Shown: positions 54,164 to 61,999 of the stretch, piece after piece
Position numbering within the stretch: position 1 is the first letter of the stretch
Layout: every line of letters starts with the position of its first letter
Assembly: GCA_947467145.1 (NCBI GenBank)
Contig: CANIGJ010000002.1
Coordinates: 168,441 to 232,440, forward strand
Reading direction: 5' to 3'
DNA: 64,000 nucleotides
DNA from: Rhodospirillaceae bacterium
Lineage (GTDB): Bacteria; Pseudomonadota; Alphaproteobacteria; Rhodospirillales; UBA2165
The notes under the pieces: model-generated
Databases searched by the model: none
What the model saw: only the letters and a program-made list of their open reading frames with translations
Told to the model about the DNA's origin: nothing
Position numbers and translations under genes: made by a program

Positions 54164-54975
54164 GTCCCGCGCGCGCTGAAGTCCTCGAAGGCAACGCCGT
54201 GACCGGTTGGCTCTATAGCCACCGCGATCAGATCCTCGTGTTGCTGATCCTGCTCGCCGGCTGGCACGGTCTCAGCCTGCTGCTCGGCGTCTATTGGGTC
54301 GGCACGCCCTGGGGCGTCGCTGTGCGGCTTTATAACGGGTTGCTGAGTGGCGAACTGATCCGGCATTCGTCCTATACCTTGGCCGAGGCGCTGGCCGGAT
54401 TCGTCATCGGCTGCATCCCGGCCGCCATCTTGCCGTTCCTACTACGCCGTTTGCCGATCGTCACCGCGATCCTCGATCCCTTCATGGTCGGCGGGTACGG
54501 CTCGCCCAAACTGGCGTTGGCGCCGCTGTTCATCCTGTGGTTCGGCATCGGCATCGAATCTAAGATCGCGCTCGTCGCCTTCACCGTCTTCTTCATCGTC
54601 TATTTCTCCACGCTCTCCGGCATCCGGGCGCTGGACACCAAATTGGTGCTGATGGCCGAAGTCGCCGGGGCGTCCGAAGCCAATGTCGCGCGTTACATCA
54701 TCTTCCCGGGCGCCGTGCCGCATATCTTCACCGGCCTGCGCATTGCCATGCCCTATTCGATCGGCGGCGCGGTGGTGGCCGAACTGATCTCGGCCAATCG
54801 CGGGCTTGGGTATCTTATCCAGCTGCGCTCCATGAATTTCGACACGACGGGCGTCTTCGTCGCCCTGACCGCCGTCTGCCTGATCGTGTTCATCTGCAAT
54901 CTGCTCGTGAATTTCCTCGAACGGCGCCTGCTGAAATGGCGGCCGCCGTCCGACGTCACCGCGCAAAAGGAGTAA
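54160..54975 (+). CDS. ABC transporter permease (NitT/TauT family)
   Basis: 271 aa, 6 hydrophobic segments, 4-nt overlap with the upstream SBP gene. Confidence 0.85.
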   Translation: MSPARAEVLEGNAVTGWLYSHRDQILVLLILLAGWHGLSLLLGVYWVGTPWGVAVRLYNGLLSGELIRHSSYTLAEALAGFVIGCIPAAILPFLLRRLPIVTAILDPFMVGGYGSPKLALAPLFILWFGIGIESKIALVAFTVFFIVYFSTLSGIRALDTKLVLMAEVAGASEANVARYIIFPGAVPHIFTGLRIAMPYSIGGAVVAELISANRGLGYLIQLRSMNFDTTGVFVALTAVCLIVFICNLLVNFLERRLLKWRPPSDVTAQKE

Positions 54976-54983
54976 CTCGTCGC

Positions 54984-55775
54984 ATGTCCGCTCTTCTCGA
55001 AGTCCGCGGTCTCGCCAAACGGTTCGCCACGCGCGCCGGACGCGAGCAATCGCCCTGGATCATCCAGGGCCTCAGCTTCTCGGTGAACGAGGGCGAGTTC
55101 CTGACCATCATCGGCCCGTCCGGCGGCGGCAAGACGACCTTGCTCAACATGATCGCGCAGATCGATTGCGCGACCGACGGCGAGATTCGTTTCCAATCCA
55201 ACGTCGCACCCGTCAATGACATGAAGTCGCTCAAGCCCGGCCTCGATTGCCAGATCGGGTACGTCACGCAGGAAGACAATCTGCTGCCGTGGCGCACCTG
55301 CCTCGACAACGTGCTGTTTCCGCTGCAGGTGCAGGGCAAGCTCAATGACGAAACCAAGGCGCGCGCCCAATCCTTGATCCGCGCCGTCGGCCTCGCCGGT
55401 TGGGAAAACCATTATCCGCACGAATTGTCGGGCGGCATGCGCAAGCGCACCTCGCTGATCCGCACCCTGGTCTACGATCCGCCGGTGATCTTGATGGACG
55501 AGCCGTTCGGCGCCTTGGACGCGCAGACGCGCCTGCAATTGCAGGACGATCTCATGCGCCTGTGGAACCTCGGCAAAAAGACCATCGTGTTCATCACGCA
55601 CGATATCTCCGAAGCCATCGCGCTGGGTGACCGCACGATCGTGCTGACGCGCCAGCCCTCCGCCGTGGCCGGTGAACACGCCATCACCATCCCGCGTCCG
55701 CGCGATATCCGCGGCATCATGACCCATCCGGAATTCATCGAGCTCTACAACCGCATCCGGGCGCAGGTCCAATGA
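54984..55775 (+). CDS. ABC transporter ATP-binding protein
   Basis: Start preferred at MSALLEVRGL. Walker A GPSGGGKTT, signature LSGGMRKR, Walker B ILMDEP. Confidence 0.9.
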   Translation: MSALLEVRGLAKRFATRAGREQSPWIIQGLSFSVNEGEFLTIIGPSGGGKTTLLNMIAQIDCATDGEIRFQSNVAPVNDMKSLKPGLDCQIGYVTQEDNLLPWRTCLDNVLFPLQVQGKLNDETKARAQSLIRAVGLAGWENHYPHELSGGMRKRTSLIRTLVYDPPVILMDEPFGALDAQTRLQLQDDLMRLWNLGKKTIVFITHDISEAIALGDRTIVLTRQPSAVAGEHAITIPRPRDIRGIMTHPEFIELYNRIRAQVQ

Positions 55776-56590
55776 ACGCCGCCACCGATACCTTCGCCGC
55801 TGACGACGCGGCAGCCGCACGGAACCGCAAGATCATCATCCGGGGCGGGCAGGTCGCGGTTGCGGTGGCGCTCATCTGGATCTGGAAGATCGGCGCGGAT
55901 ACCGCCGGAGAATTGTTCGTCGCCGATCCGTTCAAGGTCTGGGACCGCCTGATCAAGATCGCCATGTCGGGCGAATTGTGGATGCACACATATGAGACGC
56001 TGCGCATCTCGTTCATCGGTTTTGTGATCGGCTGTTTCTTCGGCGTCCTGATGCCCTTCGTGCTGCGCCGCCTGCCGCGCCTGACCGATGCGATCGAGCC
56101 CTACATCATGGCCAGCGTCGGCGTGCCCAAATACGCGCTGATCCCGCTGTTCATCCTGTGGTTCGGTATCAAGGACGCACCGAAATTGTGGCTGATCGGC
56201 CTGCTCGTGTTCTATCCCGTGTTCATTGCCATCTTCGCCGGCATCCGTGGCGTCGACGGCCGCCTGATCAATATGGCGCGCGTGGTCGGCGCCTCGGAAA
56301 CCCGCATCAGCCGCGAAGTCATTTGGAACGCGCTGCTGCCGTTTTTTTTCTCCGGCCTCAAGATCGCGCTACCGCGCGCCGTCAGTGCCGCCATCATCGG
56401 CGAGTTCCTGGTGGGCAATAAGGGCATCGGTTACTACATCGAACATTCGCGTCAGCAGATGGACGTCACCGGCGCCTTCACCGGCATCATCGTGGCGACG
56501 GCGCTGGTGCTGATCGTCAATTCGGCGCTCGTCTATATCGACAAGCGCGTGAATGCCTGGCGGCCCACCGACCGGCATATGGCGGTCTAG
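55772..56590 (+). CDS. ABC transporter permease (second, NitT/TauT family)
   Basis: 272 aa. Paralogous to 54160..54975 (PKYALIPLFILWFGI vs PKLALAPLFILWFGI). Confidence 0.85.
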   Translation: MNAATDTFAADDAAAARNRKIIIRGGQVAVAVALIWIWKIGADTAGELFVADPFKVWDRLIKIAMSGELWMHTYETLRISFIGFVIGCFFGVLMPFVLRRLPRLTDAIEPYIMASVGVPKYALIPLFILWFGIKDAPKLWLIGLLVFYPVFIAIFAGIRGVDGRLINMARVVGASETRISREVIWNALLPFFFSGLKIALPRAVSAAIIGEFLVGNKGIGYYIEHSRQQMDVTGAFTGIIVATALVLIVNSALVYIDKRVNAWRPTDRHMAV

Positions 56591-56759
56591 CAAAGCGGCG
56601 TCATTGCGTCCTCGCAATGCGAGGATGGGCGTCGCGATTAGATAACTTGGATTATGACACTCTCGGGTCGTTGACATTGGCCGCGACCGGCCTGAGAGTT
56701 CTGTCACGCAATGCGCGCAATCCTGCTGATACGCGCGCGTCTCACGGGGAGAGTATCTG

Positions 56760-57935
56760 ATGGCATATACGACTCAATTCAGCGAGAAACGAATCCTGAC
56801 CACGCATGCCGGTGCGCTGCCGCGCCCCGACGATTTGAAGCCCATGATCGCCGCGCGCATGGAAGGCAAGAAGGTCGACAAGAAGAAGCTCAGCAAGGTC
56901 CTCAACCGCTCAGTTAAGGACGTCGTGAAGAAACAGATCGATTGCGGTCTGGACAGCGTCAACGACGGCGAGTTCAACAAGGTCAACTTCACCAATTACG
57001 GGATGGAACGACTGGCCGGGTTTGAATTCCGCCTCAACCCGGGCAAGAAGTTCGCGCCGCTCAACATGATCGCGCGCGACGAGCCGCGCTTCGGCGCCTA
57101 CTTCAAGAACCGCCGCCTGTCGCGTGGCCCGGAAATCCCGATCTGCATCGAACCGCTGCGCTATATCGGCCAGTCTTTCATCAAAGACGACGTCGAAACC
57201 TTCAAGGCTTCGCTCAAAGGCAAGAAGCCGTCGGAAGCCTTCTTGCCCGCCAACACGCCGGGCACCATCGAACATTGGATGCGCAACGACTACTACAAGA
57301 CGGAAGAAGAATTCGTCTACGCCATCGCCGAAGCGATGCGGGTGGAATACGAAGCCATCGCCAAGGCCGGCTTCATCCTGCAGATCGACGACCCCGACCT
57401 GCCGGACGGCTGGGCGTGCTTGCCCGGCATGACGGTCGCGCAGTATCGCAAATATGCGACCATCCGCGTCGATGCGCTCAACCACGCGCTGCGCAACATC
57501 CCCAAGGAACAGATCCGCCTGCACGTCTGCTGGGGCTCGTTCCACGGTCCGCACAGCGACGACATCGCGCTCAAGGACATCATCGACATCATCTTCCGTG
57601 TGAAGGCGTCGAGCTATTCGATCGAAGCCGCCAACCCGGTACACGAACATGAATGGCAGGTGTTCGAGAACGTGAAGCTGCCGAAATATTCGACCCTGGT
57701 TCCCGGTGTCATCGGCCATTGCACCGATTTCATCGAACATCCCGATCTGGTCGCGCAGCGCCTTATGCGGTACGCGAAACTGGTTGGGCGTGAAAACGTG
57801 CTGGCCGGCACCGATTGCGGCATCGGTCCGCGCGTCGGTCATCCGGAAATCGCGTGGGCGAAGTTCGAAGCCATGGCTGAAGGCGCCAAGCGCGCCTCAA
57901 AGCAGCTGTGGAGCAAGCCGAAGAAAAAGAAATAA
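56760..57935 (+). CDS. Cobalamin-independent methionine synthase II-family (MetE C-terminal-like) protein
   Basis: 391 aa. ILTTHAGALPRP..., IDDPDL, HVCWG, EAANPVHEHE and GTDCGIG blocks are typical of the single-domain MetE-like family. Confidence 0.75.
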   Translation: MAYTTQFSEKRILTTHAGALPRPDDLKPMIAARMEGKKVDKKKLSKVLNRSVKDVVKKQIDCGLDSVNDGEFNKVNFTNYGMERLAGFEFRLNPGKKFAPLNMIARDEPRFGAYFKNRRLSRGPEIPICIEPLRYIGQSFIKDDVETFKASLKGKKPSEAFLPANTPGTIEHWMRNDYYKTEEEFVYAIAEAMRVEYEAIAKAGFILQIDDPDLPDGWACLPGMTVAQYRKYATIRVDALNHALRNIPKEQIRLHVCWGSFHGPHSDDIALKDIIDIIFRVKASSYSIEAANPVHEHEWQVFENVKLPKYSTLVPGVIGHCTDFIEHPDLVAQRLMRYAKLVGRENVLAGTDCGIGPRVGHPEIAWAKFEAMAEGAKRASKQLWSKPKKKK

Positions 57936-57964
57936 GCGTTCGCTCGCTTAGTTTTTAAAACATC

Positions 57965-57999
57965 AGGCCCGGCTTAGGTGATCCCAGGCCGGGCCTTTT
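57965..57999. terminator. Bidirectional intrinsic terminator between convergent genes
   Basis: AGGCCCGGC / GCCGGGCCT, a 9-bp stem with a 14-nt loop. It is followed by TTTT on the plus strand and preceded by TTTTTAAAA. Confidence 0.65.
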
Positions 58000-58020
58000 G
58001 CCGTTTGGTGCGCCGAAAAG

Positions 58021-58248
58021 CTAGCTGCTTTTCTTTTTCGCGTAGTCGGCGGCGTTTTCGCCCTTGGACTTGGCGCGGCCCTTTTCCTCGGCCTCGCGCA
58101 GCTCGTTGCCTTCCGCGCCGTCGAGCGCCTGTTCGGCTTCGTGGGCGGCCTGCTGGACCTGGCCGCTTTTCACGAACGCCTGCTGGTCTTTGTTGTAATG
58201 GCGGGCGGCCGTTTTGTTGCCTTCGCCTTCATTCTTCTGATTTGCCAT
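58021..58248 (-). CDS. Small hydrophilic protein (75 aa), stress-protein-like composition
   Basis: Start preferred at MANQKNEGEGNK, with GGAGA upstream. K/E/A/Q-rich and no hydrophobic core. A candidate EcfG-type promoter lies upstream. Confidence 0.5.
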   Translation of the reverse strand: MANQKNEGEGNKTAARHYNKDQQAFVKSGQVQQAAHEAEQALDGAEGNELREAEEKGRAKSKGENAADYAKKKSS

Positions 58249-58287
58249 GATGGTCTCCATGTTCTGAAGGATTGGCTTCAGGTTTAA

Positions 58288-58312
58288 AACCATTCCAGCC
58301 AAGGATGGTTCC
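58288..58312 (-). promoter_or_regulatory. Candidate EcfG-type promoter upstream of the small hydrophilic protein gene
   Basis: The minus strand reads GGAAC-N16-GGTTTTA. The -10 end lies ~40 nt upstream of the ATG at 58248. Confidence 0.3.
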
Positions 58313-58420
58313 CCGTTGAATTCCGTTCGGAATCGGTAACGCAGATGTGAGCACACATATTGCCTCGCCCGCTCGCATCGAACAGACTGCGCCCAAGATC
58401 AATTCCTTTCGGGGGGCATC

Positions 58421-59566
58421 ATGGATAAGTCGAAATTGAATCGCCGCAAATTCTTGAAGGGTGCGGGCATCGCCGGCGTGGGCGCTGCCGCCAGCACGCT
58501 TGCCGCACCGGCCATCGCGCAAACGGCGGAGCTGCGCTGGCGTCTGGCATCGAGCTTTCCCAAAAGCCTCGATACCCTGTTCGGCACGGCCGAGCATGTG
58601 GCGAAACGCGTGCATGATGCGACAGCAGGCAAATTCCAGATCCGTGTGTCGGCGGCGGGGGAAATCGTGCCGCCCTTCGGCGTCGCCGATGCGGTCCAGT
58701 CCGGCACGGTCGAGATGTGCCACACGGCGAGTTATTATTTCATCGGCAAAGACCCGACCTTCGCCTTCGATACAGCCTTGCCCTTCGGGCTCAACGCGCG
58801 CCAGCAGACCGCATGGCTCTATACCGGCGGCGGGCGCGAGCTGATGGCGGAGTTCTTCAAGGACTACAATTTGCAAGTCTTCCCCTGCGGCAACACCGGC
58901 ACGCAGATGGGCGGCTGGTTCCGCAAGGAGATCAAATCGCTCGAGGACCTGAAGGGCCTCAAATTCCGCATTGCCGGTTTCGCCGGCAATGTGTTGGCCA
59001 AGCTCGGCGTCGTGCCGCAGCAGATCCCGGCGAACGAGGTCTATCCGTCCTTGGAAAAAGGCACGATCGACGCCGCCGAATGGGTCGGCCCGTATGACGA
59101 TGAAAAGCTCGGCCTCAACAAGGTCGCGCCCTTCTACTATTACCCGGCGTTCTGGGAAGGCTCGGCGCAGCTGTCCGTCTTTATCAATCTCGCGCAATGG
59201 AACGCGCTCTCGACCGAATACAAAACCATTGTCGAGATCGCCTGCGCCGATGCACACAACCACATGCAGTCGCGTTACGACGTCGAGAATCCGGCGGCGT
59301 TGCGTCGCCTAATCGCGGGTGGCGCGCAATTGAAGGCGTTCCCGAACGACGTCATGACGGCGGCGCTGACGGCGACCAACGCGCTGTACGATGAAACCGC
59401 AAAGGCCAATCCGAAATTCGCCAAGGTTTACGAGTCCTGGCGCAAGTTCCGCGATGACGAGCTGCAATGGTTCAGCGTTGGCGAGAACACCTTCGATTCG
59501 TTCCAGGTGCGCAACCGCGCGCGCATGGCGCCCCCAGCGGCCAAAGGGGCACCCAAGGCGAAATAG
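58421..59566 (+). CDS. TRAP substrate-binding protein (DctP-type) with a Tat signal, paralog 2
   Basis: 381 aa. NRRKFLKGAGIAGVGAAASTLAAPAIAQ. The body is collinear with 19389..20558. Confidence 0.85.
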   Translation: MDKSKLNRRKFLKGAGIAGVGAAASTLAAPAIAQTAELRWRLASSFPKSLDTLFGTAEHVAKRVHDATAGKFQIRVSAAGEIVPPFGVADAVQSGTVEMCHTASYYFIGKDPTFAFDTALPFGLNARQQTAWLYTGGGRELMAEFFKDYNLQVFPCGNTGTQMGGWFRKEIKSLEDLKGLKFRIAGFAGNVLAKLGVVPQQIPANEVYPSLEKGTIDAAEWVGPYDDEKLGLNKVAPFYYYPAFWEGSAQLSVFINLAQWNALSTEYKTIVEIACADAHNHMQSRYDVENPAALRRLIAGGAQLKAFPNDVMTAALTATNALYDETAKANPKFAKVYESWRKFRDDELQWFSVGENTFDSFQVRNRARMAPPAAKGAPKAK

Positions 59567-59584
59567 ATCGAGCCATCGTCCAAG

Positions 59585-59613
59585 AAAAAGCCCCGCTCCG
59601 GTGGGGCTTTTTT
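59585..59613. terminator. Bidirectional rho-independent terminator
   Basis: AAAAAGCCCC-gctccggt-GGGGCTTTTT. The T-tract overlaps the stop codon of the convergent DctM gene. Confidence 0.8.
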
Positions 59614-61030
59614 ATTGCGCGGCCGGTTCGTCCTCATCCAAGGATGGCGGGTTGTCGTCCATCTGCGGCACTTCGATGGTGATACTATCGGCATCGATGG
59701 CGGGTGCGGCGTCGATGGCGAAGGTCACCAGTTCCGGCCACAGCACGATGATGATCGCCATCAGCATCTGCAACCCGACCCAGGGAAACGCGCCCCAATA
59801 GATGTCGCTGCTTTTCACACTCGGCGGCGCAATGCCGCGCAGGTAGAACAACGCGAAGCCGAACGGCGGATGCATGAACGAGGTCTGCATCACGACGCAG
59901 AGCAGCACGCCGAACCACACAAGATCGATGCCGAGCTTGTGCGCGATGGGGGCGAGCAGCGGGATGACGATGAAGGCGATCTCGAAGAAATCGAGAAAGA
60001 ACGCGAGGAAGAACACGAACACGCAGACGAAGACCAAGAAGCCGGTGGCGCCGCCGGGCAGCGCCGTCAGCAGGCTTTCGATCCACAGATCGCCGTCGAG
60101 CCCGCGGAAGACGAGCGTGAAGACCGTAGCGCCGATCAGGATGAAGACGACCATGGCGGTCAGGCGCATGGTCGACTCCATGCTTTCCCACAACACGGCC
60201 CAACTCATGCGTCGGTGCGCCAGCGACAGCGCAATGGCGCCGATCGCGCCCATGGCGCCGGCTTCGGTCGGTGTCGCGAGACCCAGAAAGATCGTGCCAA
60301 GCACGAGGAAGATCAGCGCCACCGACGGCACCATGCCGCCGACGATCTTGATGGCGAGCTGGCGGCCAGAGAGTGTGCGCGCCGAGGCGGGCAAAGCCGG
60401 CACCCAGTCCGGTTTCACGATGCTGACGATGGCGATGAAGCCGCAGAACAGTAGCAGCTGCACGATGCTGGGCCCGATGGCGCCGGCATACATATCGCCC
60501 ACGCTGCGGCCCAATTGATCGGCCAGTACAATGAGGACGAGCGACGGCGGGATGAGTTGCGTGATGGTGCCCGATGCGGCGATCACGCCGGTCGTCAGCT
60601 TCATATCGTAGCCGTAGCGCTGCATGATCGGCATGGAGATCAGGCCCATGGCGATGACCGAGGCCGCCACCGTACCGGTGATCGCGCCCAGGATTGCGCC
60701 GACGAAGATGACGGCATAGGCGAGGCCGCCGCGTACCGGGCCGAACAATTGCCCCATGCCGTCCAAGAGATCTTCGGCCAGGCCGCCGCGTTCCAGCACG
60801 GCACCCATGAAGGTGAAGAAGGGAATGGCGAGCAGCAGATCGTTGGAGACGATGCCGTAGACGCGCGCCCCCAGCGCCTGCATGAACGCCGGTTGGAACG
60901 CGCCCAGCTCGATGCCGACGAAGCCGAACACCAGGCCGACGGCGGCGAGTGAGAAGGCGACGGGAAAGCCGATCATCAGGAAGACGACCATCGCCCCGAA
61001 CATGATGGGGCCGAGCAGGCTGGCGGTCAT
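59612..61030 (-). CDS. TRAP transporter large permease (DctM-type)
   Basis: 472 aa, polytopic, with an acidic C-terminal tail (DDNPPSLDEDEPAAQ). Confidence 0.85.
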   Translation of the reverse strand: MTASLLGPIMFGAMVVFLMIGFPVAFSLAAVGLVFGFVGIELGAFQPAFMQALGARVYGIVSNDLLLAIPFFTFMGAVLERGGLAEDLLDGMGQLFGPVRGGLAYAVIFVGAILGAITGTVAASVIAMGLISMPIMQRYGYDMKLTTGVIAASGTITQLIPPSLVLIVLADQLGRSVGDMYAGAIGPSIVQLLLFCGFIAIVSIVKPDWVPALPASARTLSGRQLAIKIVGGMVPSVALIFLVLGTIFLGLATPTEAGAMGAIGAIALSLAHRRMSWAVLWESMESTMRLTAMVVFILIGATVFTLVFRGLDGDLWIESLLTALPGGATGFLVFVCVFVFFLAFFLDFFEIAFIVIPLLAPIAHKLGIDLVWFGVLLCVVMQTSFMHPPFGFALFYLRGIAPPSVKSSDIYWGAFPWVGLQMLMAIIIVLWPELVTFAIDAAPAIDADSITIEVPQMDDNPPSLDEDEPAAQ

Positions 61031-61644
61031 TGCAGCGGCTTCTCGTAACGCGCGACCAGTTCGGGATGGCCTTGCAGCGCCGCGATGCGTTTGACGATTT
61101 CCGAAATGCCTTGCAGGCCGAGTAGGAAGAAACCGAGCGGCAACAGCAGTTTCACCGGCCAGCGGATCAACCCGCCGGCGTTACTGGAGATTTCGCCGAT
61201 GGCATAGGCATTGGTGAACAGTGGCCATGATACCCAACCGATGATCAGGCAGGTCGGCAGCAGGAACAGCGCCATGCCGGCGATATCGATCCAGAGCTGG
61301 GCGCGCATCGAGATATGGCCGTAGATGATGTCGATGCGCACATGTTCGTTCTTGGCGAGCGTATAGGCCGCGCCCAGCAGCACGGTGGCGGCGAACATAT
61401 ACCATTGGATCTCGAGCCAGGCGTTGGAACTGACGGAAAAGCCGTAGCGCAATGCGGCGTTGCCGGCGCTCACCGCGCAGCCGACGAAGACCGATAAGGC
61501 CGCGACGATGCCCGCGACCTTATTGAACGCGTCGATGGCGCGGCTGATCTGCAGCAGAAACGGCAACGATAACCCCCCAGACGTCGGCCTCAGGTTTAAC
61601 ATTGGGCCGCACCCAAAGGCCAAGGAAAAGTCGTGGGAACTCAA
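61027..61644 (-). CDS. TRAP transporter small permease (DctQ-type)
   Basis: 205 aa, four hydrophobic segments, 4-nt overlap with the DctM start. Confidence 0.75.
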   Translation of the reverse strand: MSSHDFSLAFGCGPMLNLRPTSGGLSLPFLLQISRAIDAFNKVAGIVAALSVFVGCAVSAGNAALRYGFSVSSNAWLEIQWYMFAATVLLGAAYTLAKNEHVRIDIIYGHISMRAQLWIDIAGMALFLLPTCLIIGWVSWPLFTNAYAIGEISSNAGGLIRWPVKLLLPLGFFLLGLQGISEIVKRIAALQGHPELVARYEKPLQ

Positions 61645-61752
61645 GGCATGCGTCGGCGCTTCTTAGGGACGTGACTTCAGCATCTTCCAATAGTCCGGCC
61701 GACTAAAAACCCTTTCCCCCTAAAGGACGGAGAGCGAATAGGGGACGAAGCG

Positions 61753-61998
61753 TCAGCCGCCCGCGATCTTCGGGACCAGGATCACTTCGGCATCCGGCTT
61801 GATCGGCTGCAGCAGGGAATCCTCATACATCTCGCCGTCGATGGCGACCGAGAAACCGTCTTCCAGGATCGGCTTCAATTCGGGAAAGCGTTCGCCCAGC
61901 TTGCGGTACAGCTGCATGACATTGCCGGCCTCGACGTCGAGCTCGGCGACGTCGCCGGTAAAGCGACGCGCCTCGCCCATGAAGATGACGTGCGGCAA
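61753..61998 (-). CDS. MoaD/ThiS-family ubiquitin-fold small protein ending in Gly-Gly
   Basis: 81 aa, TTG start 1 nt after the upstream stop. Beta-grasp-like pattern and C-terminal ...VPKIAGG. Confidence 0.65.
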   Translation of the reverse strand: MPHVIFMGEARRFTGDVAELDVEAGNVMQLYRKLGERFPELKPILEDGFSVAIDGEMYEDSLLQPIKPDAEVILVPKIAGG

Positions 61999-61999
61999 G

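Noticed and set aside
56602-56625. Overlapping palindromes after the ABC permease gene, considered as a classical attenuator or terminator
   Set aside because: There is no U-tract, no leader peptide ORF, and one of the two hairpins has a sterically impossible 1-nt loop. I kept it only as part of the structured-leader observation.
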